NCBI GenBank assembly: GCA_020184695.1
Contig: JAANOX010000170.1
Coordinates: 1-14,493 of the forward strand
Direction: 5' to 3'
From: Histomonas meleagridis 2922-C6/04-290x
Lineage: Eukaryota; Protista; Parabasalia
DNA: 14,493 bases
The notes beneath the pieces are model-generated. The model made no database searches and was not told the DNA's origin. It saw only the letters and a list, made by a program, of their open reading frames with translations. Each line of letters begins with the position of its first letter. Within the stretch, counting starts at the first letter, position 1. Shown here piece by piece: positions 7,952 to 14,493 of the stretch. Position numbers and translations under genes: made by a program.

Positions 7952-9108
7952 ATGCACAGCAATATATTTTCAGGAAAACCCCATAAAGACTACACGAATT
8001 AAAAAAGGCCAATGCTCGAATGTGTTATAACTCAAATTTAAAGAGGATACCCAAGAATTTCTAAGATTGCACAAACAAGTAAAATTCCTGATTCCACACT
8101 AAGATCCTGGAAAGATAAATTAAAGCATAATCCTGCTTGGAGACCATGGAATAATGATCATGGAAGTGGTCATAGGATATTTACAGACATAGAAGAACAA
8201 TCAATTAAGGATTTTATTGTCAGTTGTTTTTTACAACCAGGTTTTGTATTTACCAATGAAGACTTCATAATAATCGCTATGAATGCATATCTAACAAAAT
8301 ATCAAGATATAACTAATTTTAAAGAAACGAAAGATTTTTTAGTTTCACACCAATTTATCGCAGATTTTAAGAAGAGAAACCATCTCTCTTCTAGAGTTTT
8401 ACATCCTAAAAGGAGACCAAATGTGACTGATAAAGAAAAATCTAATTGGATCGATACAATACAAAACCTTCTTACTTCTGTTGATCATAGTAGAATTGTC
8501 AATGTAAATGAAACATGCTGGAAGTGTTTTCCAAATGGTATGGTAACTTGAACAGAAAAAAGATCTGATGGAATATCGATCAACTTAAATTCTTCACCGA
8601 AGGCATCGATAACTGTCCTGGCGAGCATACGTTCAGATGGAACCAAAATTCCCCTTTACTTTATAGCAAAAGGAAAGAGTGATCTTGTAGAAACAACACA
8701 AATTGGTGATGTTTCACCTCACATGTCCACCCACTCAGAAAACGGATGGACCACTGAGGAAACGTTTTATGAGTATTTACTGTTCCTCCGGCAACACTTC
8801 AATGACGAAGATCCTATACATTTGTTACTTGACTCATATATAAAGCCCACAAATGTCAATCAATTATCGATTTGGCAGAAACTCTGAAGATTAAATTATA
8901 TTTCATACCACCCGGTATGACTGATGAATTTCAACCATTAGATCGAAGGGTCTTCGGGTGTTTGAAGGCTACAGCACGTTATCTGTTTCGAAAAAGAGTA
9001 CAATCAAAACAATGAAAAAAAATTTACCAAATTACAAGCACAATGCATGGTTTGGGCATGGGAACACCTGCAACCCAATATAATCCAAGAATCTTGGTCA
9101 ATCTATGA
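7952..9108 (+). pseudogene. pogo-family (DDE_1) transposase pseudogene
   Basis: One frame from ATG 7952 gives HTH-like SKIAQTSKIPDSTLRSWK, CENP-B-like RIFTDIEEQSIKDFI, VNVNETCW (first catalytic D appears as N), ENGWTT and LLLDSY. After a 2-nt insertion near 8840 it continues KAH...IPPGMTDEFQPLDRRVFG, about DD35D spacing. In-frame stops occur twice before 8045, at 8549-8551 and at 9013-9015. Confidence 0.85.
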
Positions 9109-9173
9109 ATAAAACATTTATTCATTAATTTTCTTTCAGACATAAAGAATTCATATTGAGAGAAACGGTTTTT

Positions 9174-9211
9174 AACGGTCGTAAAATTCGCGAATTGGAA
9201 AGACATCAGGG
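9174..9211 (-). repeat. Right TIR of pogo-like element
   Basis: AACGGTCGTAAAATTCGCGAATTGGAAAGACATCAGGG followed by TA. Confidence 0.9.
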
Positions 9212-9355
9212 TACATTAAACTCAAATAAATGTCGCTATATAGCGATAATCCTACGATCTTGATATTATAGATATATTATACATACATAATTGCATCTAT
9301 GGTTAATAAAAAAACTAATGATAATATATTGATTAGCACGAGATAAATTTGAGAG

Positions 9356-10179
9356 TCTGGGTAGCATACCCAAAACATACCCACTTTTGGACGGTTATTC
9401 CCACAATTTTCGACTTTTTGAATTCGATGTAAAATAACCGTCTCATTTTTCCAAAATTTTGGATAAAAAAAATTTCGAAAAAATAAAGCTTAACAAAATA
9501 GAATAATTTCAACAATAGTAAGAACTATATCAATATGATTATTCATGAATAGTATAGAATTAAATAATAATGAGTATTCGTGGAAAAAAACGATTTTGAA
9601 AATAATCATAAAATATTATAAAATAAATAGTATAATCGAATTCTCCATATGTTAAAACATATTACTGTATTCTTTTTTTGCCAAAATACAAAATGTATAT
9701 TGTGTTATTAGCAAATGTTTTTGATGTCCATTATGCATTATTGAATTCATGTTCAAAAAGTGGGAATTGTGAAGAAATAATTTCATTCAATTTTAATTTC
9801 AATACTTTACATTTTTGCCACAATAAAATTCTGAACAAATAAAAAATGACATTGTAAAACAAAAATAATTTAAATGAATAATCAATAAATAAGAATAATT
9901 ATATACATTAAGCATTGACAAACAATGAGCTACAAAATATATTCTTTAATAAGCATTAAATTACAATAATTTATGAATAACATTATTTACAATCATTGAT
10001 AAATAATGATTTATAATGATTATCATTAATTAAACATTCATATACAATGATTTATAATGATTATCATTAATTAAACATTCATATACAATGATTTATAATC
10101 ATTTATTTTATTAAATATTAATAAACAATGATTTATAATCATTTATTTCATTAAACATTCATATACAATGATTTATAAT
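9356..10179 (+). repeat. Left TIR of MULE (at least 824 bp)
   Basis: Begins TCTGGGTAGCATACCCAAAACATACCC and differs from the right arm by a 9-nt insertion near 9670, homopolymer indels and a few substitutions. Confidence 0.9.
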
Positions 10180-10621
10180 CATTTATTTCATTAAACATTC
10201 ATATACAATGATTTATAATCATTTATTTCATTAAACATTCATATACAATGATTTATAATCATTTATTTTATTAAACATTCATATACAATGATTTATAATC
10301 ATTTATTTTATTAAACATTCATATACAATGATTTATAATGATTATCATTAATTAAACATTCATATACAATGATTTATAATCATTTATTTCATTAAATATT
10401 AATATACAATGATTTATAATCATTTATTTCATTAAATATTAATAAACAATGATTTATAATCATTTATTTCATTAAACATTCATATACAATGATTTATAAT
10501 CATTTATTTTATTAAACATTCATATACAATGATTTATAATGATCATCATTAATTAAACATTCATATACAATGATTTATAATTATTTCTTTCATTAAATAT
10601 TAATATACAATGATTTATAAT
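10005..10621. repeat. 40-41-bp minisatellite, about 15 full copies, with palindromic core AATGATT-TAT-AATCATT
   Basis: Unit AATGATTTATAATCATTTATTTCATTAAACATTCATATAC. Cores start at 10005, 10046, 10087, 10127, 10167, 10207, 10247, 10287, 10327, 10368, 10408, 10448, 10488, 10528, 10569 and 10609. Confidence 0.95.
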
Positions 10622-11408
10622 TTCAATCAGGCAATGAAAGTTTTCAAGTAAAATGTTAAGCAATAAGCACATATTTATTGTCATAAAAATTAAAAACAAG
10701 CATTTAAAAAACAATCAATTAATATATCAATTTTTATTAAATATATAAATGAAATAATCAGACAATTTTGTTAAAGCAAAATGCTTAACATTCGAAATGC
10801 AATAAATTATGATAAAATCTATAAAATATTATCTATAATATGATAAACTTTTAATTATTTTATCAATAATCGATTCTTATATAAGAATCTTTTATGTGAA
10901 TCAATAGACAACAACTTGTTGTAAAAATATTGATCATCTAAAAAGCTATGAATCATTTTTTAACCTTACTATACTTCAGAAAACAATAATTTATTATTTG
11001 ATGAACATTTATAAGCAAATGAATATAATAACAATATTTGCTTTCTCACAAAAAAGTTAATATTAAGGTGCAAGTTAAATTTATAAAAGTTAATAATAGA
11101 TAATGAGAACAAATAATAAATATTATAAATGCATTAAAATTATTTGTAAAACATCAATAATCAATGAATTACATTATATGAATGAATAAAAGCAATAGTT
11201 TTTTGAGTATGTGCTAAATATTATAAGCACTTATATATCAAATAAATCATTGTTTAATTTGAAAAAACAAATTAATTGAATAAATGTGCAACAATAAAGC
11301 AAATCATGAATTTGTGTTACGCATGATAATGCAATGAAATGAAAGTAAATTATAAATATTCATTAATAATAATTGACTTTAATTTACCTTGAACTTTAAT
11401 TAAATATA

Positions 11409-13137
11409 TCATACTTTTTCTAATCTTTTAATTAGTTGAACTTCATGTTCCATTTTTTTTTCCAATTGCGACATATTTTCCCAACCACCTCTATAGAACA
11501 ATTTCGTAATTATTTTATTTTTATCTTTTTTACTTGATTTCATATATTTTTTAACTATTGTCCATGGTATTCCATAATTTCTTTTCACTTTTCTGGCTCT
11601 AGTATTTATAGGTGTAAAACGACCCATTTTATCTTTAGAATAAAATGGTGGTGTTATTTTAATATCTCGAAATACTAACGAACTCAGCATTTCTTCAAAA
11701 TTTGGGGTAACACCAAAATCATTTGTGTTTTCAAGTTCCATCGCTTTATTAAAATAAAAATATTTGTTTCTCATATATTTAATTTGTTCAATAAACTCTA
11801 GACTTTCATTGTGAAATGGTTTTTCATAAAATTTTTTCGGAATAACTGAATTGTCTCTTTCTCGATTAAGATATTTGTTTTTCTGCACATCCTCTAATGT
11901 TTGAATATGAACGAAAAATTCATGAAGAGAAGGTTTATATGTATTAATGTATCTATTCATCGTCCTATTGAAGCTTTCGTTTCCATTATTGGTAGATCTT
12001 TCAGGCATTGGTTTCCCAGTCGTATTCCAAAGATCAATAGGATATATTGTTAAATATGTTTTCTGAAAAAAGTCAATAAATTCATCAATTGGCTTTTCCC
12101 CACATTTAAGTTTAGTCATAAAATCAATAAATTTTTTTGCTGAATTAATTTCAATATATGGAAGGAGCTTGAGAATTTTCAACAGATTAATAAGAAATAT
12201 ATTTTGAGATCTCTTAAAATCGGATTTATGTTTTTTTAAAGTTTGAACATAATGAAAATAGCATAGTTGCAAGCATGAATTATTGTGCAAAAATATTTTT
12301 TTGATTGAATTTATCATAGCTAATTCAAAGTCACAAACAAACTTAACATCTTGCTTGAAAGAATAACCACAGCTTTGCAAGTATGCATAATATAGACTAA
12401 ATGCAAGATTATATGTTTCTTCCTTATAGTTTGATAGACATAAATATAACAAAGGAATATTCATAATCGGTGTTCTTCCAATAAAAGTAACTAATTGGTA
12501 TGAATTTATTGATGAAATTTTGAAAGTTCCATCAATACCGATCATTGAGAATTCTTGAACTCTTTTTAACATGAAATCCGATGAAAACCCATAAATAACT
12601 TTATCAGCATCTATAGGTACTTCAAATAACAATAACCGATTTCCATTTAAAGTTTGTTTAAAATCAGTGTTCGATCTATATTGTCTGTTCAATTCTCCAA
12701 CAAAGTTCTGTACTTTCCGCAGAGAAATGGAATTTTTGGTTTTGCCTATAGGCGTTTTCTTCTCGATCCAATTCAACAATTCATTGAAAATTAAAAATGG
12801 CATCCGATGGTATTCGTTGTCATTGAACAATTCTATGATTTTTTTTTTCGATGTCTTCTTTGCTCCAAAATGGTGAATCATTTTGTGTATTTTGATCGCA
12901 ACTATGAATTCCATGAATAATATATAAATAAGACGATAAATCTGCAGAAAAATCACATGAAAGACGGCATTTGCAATAACCTGGCATGCTTCGATTGCCA
13001 TGAATGCATCTATAGAAAGCCCTTCGATGTTTTTTACTTCCGTTGCGCTCAAACTGATATTTATAGTTGTTAATTTCGATCATATAGGGTATTCTACAAT
13101 GCATACCATCATAACGCCCAGGCCAACTCGCGATCAT
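11409..13137 (-). CDS. MULE transposase with N-terminal FLYWCH/WRKY-like zinc finger, split by a single frameshift in an A10 run (12839-12848)
   Basis: From ATG 13137 (AAAATG context) the frame reads MIASWPG...FYRCIHGNRSMPGYCKCRL...IHGIHSC...KEDIEKK. A second frame continues IIELFND...GIDGTFK...VCDFE...LCYFHYVQ...TNNGNESFN, giving the D, D, CxxH and E residues expected of MULE transposases. Removing one A fuses them into 575 aa, so the first ~70 aa of the 547-aa track ORF are probably not real. Confidence 0.85.
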
Positions 13138-13146
13138 TTTATACAA

Positions 13147-13152
13147 ATATGA
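13147..13152 (-). promoter_or_regulatory. Possible trichomonad initiator (Inr)-like element TCATAT
   Basis: TCATATTTGTATAAAATG places a TCAYWW motif about 13 nt upstream of the transposase ATG, the usual position of the Trichomonas Inr. The motif is short and could occur by chance. Confidence 0.35.
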
Positions 13153-13678
13153 TGGCCAAATATTTATTGAAAAAGTTGATTTCGTTTATCATTTCATCGA
13201 CAATCATGTTTAACATGAAATCAACATATTTTGTAATTTGAATATCAAATTCATTGTTTATCAAGGTTTTCAGTTTGATATTATGAAAATTTATTGTATT
13301 TCACAATAAGAAAAATGTTTCATCATATTTTATTGTTTTTATAAGTTTTGCATATCATAATATATAATATTATTGATGTTAAATAAAAATAATAATTTAA
13401 TGTTGTTTAATAAGGAAATTTAACATATGGTTTATTGATATTCAATAAAAAATTTATAATTTATGAATCACAAAATTATATGTGTTAGTTAATGTTTTAG
13501 AATTAAATTCAGGAAAAATTATTGTTAAAAAGATTATAATTAACAAAATCATTGTAATTCAATGCTTGTTAATGTCATATAAAGATATTCATCAAAATTA
13601 ATAAATGTTTAATAAATGAATGTTTATAGAACTAAATAATTAAAATTCATTGTTTGTTAATATATAATGTAGAAAACC

Positions 13679-14493
13679 ATTATAAATCATTGTATATGAA
13701 TGTTTAATGAAATAAATGATTATAAATCATTGTTTATTAATATTTAATAAAATAAATGATTATAAATCATTGTATATGAATGTTTAATTAATGATAATCA
13801 TTATAAATCATTGTATATGAATGTTTAATTAATGATAATCATTATAAATCATTATTTATCAATGATTGTAAATAATGTTATTCATAAATTATTGTAATTT
13901 AATGCTTATTAAAGAATATATTTTGTAGCTCATTGTTTGTCAATGCTTAACGTATATAATTATTCTTATTTATTGATTATTCATTTAAATTATCTTTGTT
14001 TTACAATATCATTTTTATTTGTTCAGAATTTATTGTGGCAAGAATGTAAAGTATTGAAATTAAAATTGAATGAAATTATTTCTTCACAATTCCCACTTTT
14101 TGAACATGAATTCAATAATGCATAATGGACATCAAAAAAACATTTGCTAATAACACAATATACATTTTGTATTTTGGCATACAGTAATATGTTTTAACAT
14201 ATGGAGAATTCGATTATACTATTTATTTTATAATATTTTATGATTATTTTCAAAATCGTTTTTTTCCACGAATACTCATTATTATCTAATTCTATACTAT
14301 TCATGAATAATCATATTGATATAGTTCTTACTATTGTTGAAATTATTCTATTTTGTTAAGCTTTATTTTTTCGAAATTTTTTTTATCCAAAATTTTGGAA
14401 AAATGAGACGGTTATTTTACATCGAATTCAAAAAGTCGAAAATTGTGGGAATAACCGTCCAAAAGTGGGTATGTTTTGGGTATGCTACCCAGA
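13679..14493 (-). repeat. Right TIR of MULE (at least 815 bp, truncated by window end), including 5 minisatellite cores at 13679-13853
   Basis: Reverse complement of 9356-10179. The window ends ...GGGTATGCTACCCAGA. Confidence 0.9.

Larger units (their letters stand above)
7873..9211 (+). mobile_element. pogo-like Tc1/mariner DNA transposon, 1339 bp, defective
   Basis: 38-bp TIRs (36/38 match), flanked by TA at 7871-7872 and 9212-9213, enclosing a decayed DDE_1-type transposase. Confidence 0.9.
9351..14493 (-). mobile_element. Mutator-like element (MULE) with very long TIRs; right end runs just beyond the window
   Basis: 9356-10179 is the reverse complement of 13679-14493, with only a few substitutions and small indels, and a MULE transposase lies between them. 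The start at 9351 (GAGAG) is inferred from the G-rich ends typical of MULEs and cannot be confirmed without the right flank. Confidence 0.85.

Noticed and set aside
7749-8030. 93-aa + strand ORF
   Set aside because: It overlaps the ankyrin start antisense and crosses the transposon TIR in a frame different from the transposase, with no recognisable motif.
9233-9246. Perfect 14-bp palindrome TCGCTATATAGCGA
   Set aside because: A single occurrence with no supporting context. It is noted as a possible regulatory site but no function can be supported.
9024-9515. 60-aa ORFs at 9024-9206 and 9333-9515
   Set aside because: They are antisense to the transposase tail or lie in TIR sequence and cross element boundaries.
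12849-13052. N-terminus MSATEVKNIEG... of the 547-aa track ORF
   Set aside because: It starts at a non-ATG codon and overlaps the zinc-finger frame, which is the more plausible transposase N-terminus.
12667-14125. ORFs 12667-12876 and 13937-14125 (+)
   Set aside because: The first is antisense to the transposase. The second lies inside the TIR and has no recognisable motif.

Overview
Very AT-rich eukaryotic DNA, most likely from a parabasalid (trichomonad) protist. This is inferred from two DUF3447-like/ankyrin genes of the kind expanded in Trichomonas. Left half (1088-7784): two convergent paralogous genes, each a long N-terminal ORF followed by an ankyrin-repeat array that the ORF track shows only as fragments. 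Read by hand, the arrays are strictly periodic. A stop-free 90-nt unit encoding 30 aa of one ankyrin repeat (TAL..A...G..EIVKLLL....IDVNAKD) alternates with a stop-containing AT-rich spacer, which is exactly 80 nt in 18 of 25 cases. The spacers always fall at the same point of the repeat and lack consistent GT...AG ends and the trichomonad ACTAAC branch motif. They carry a GG exactly 21 nt before the next unit in 19 of 22 well-defined cases. This is the main discovery candidate: a family of non-canonical intron-like (or bypass/excision) elements whose mechanism cannot be determined from DNA alone. Right half: a decayed 1339-bp pogo-like Tc1/mariner element (38-bp TIRs, TA target site), then a ~5.1-kb Mutator-like element. 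The latter has >800-bp TIRs, an asymmetric 40-41-bp palindromic minisatellite, and a transposase split only by one extra A in an A10 run.
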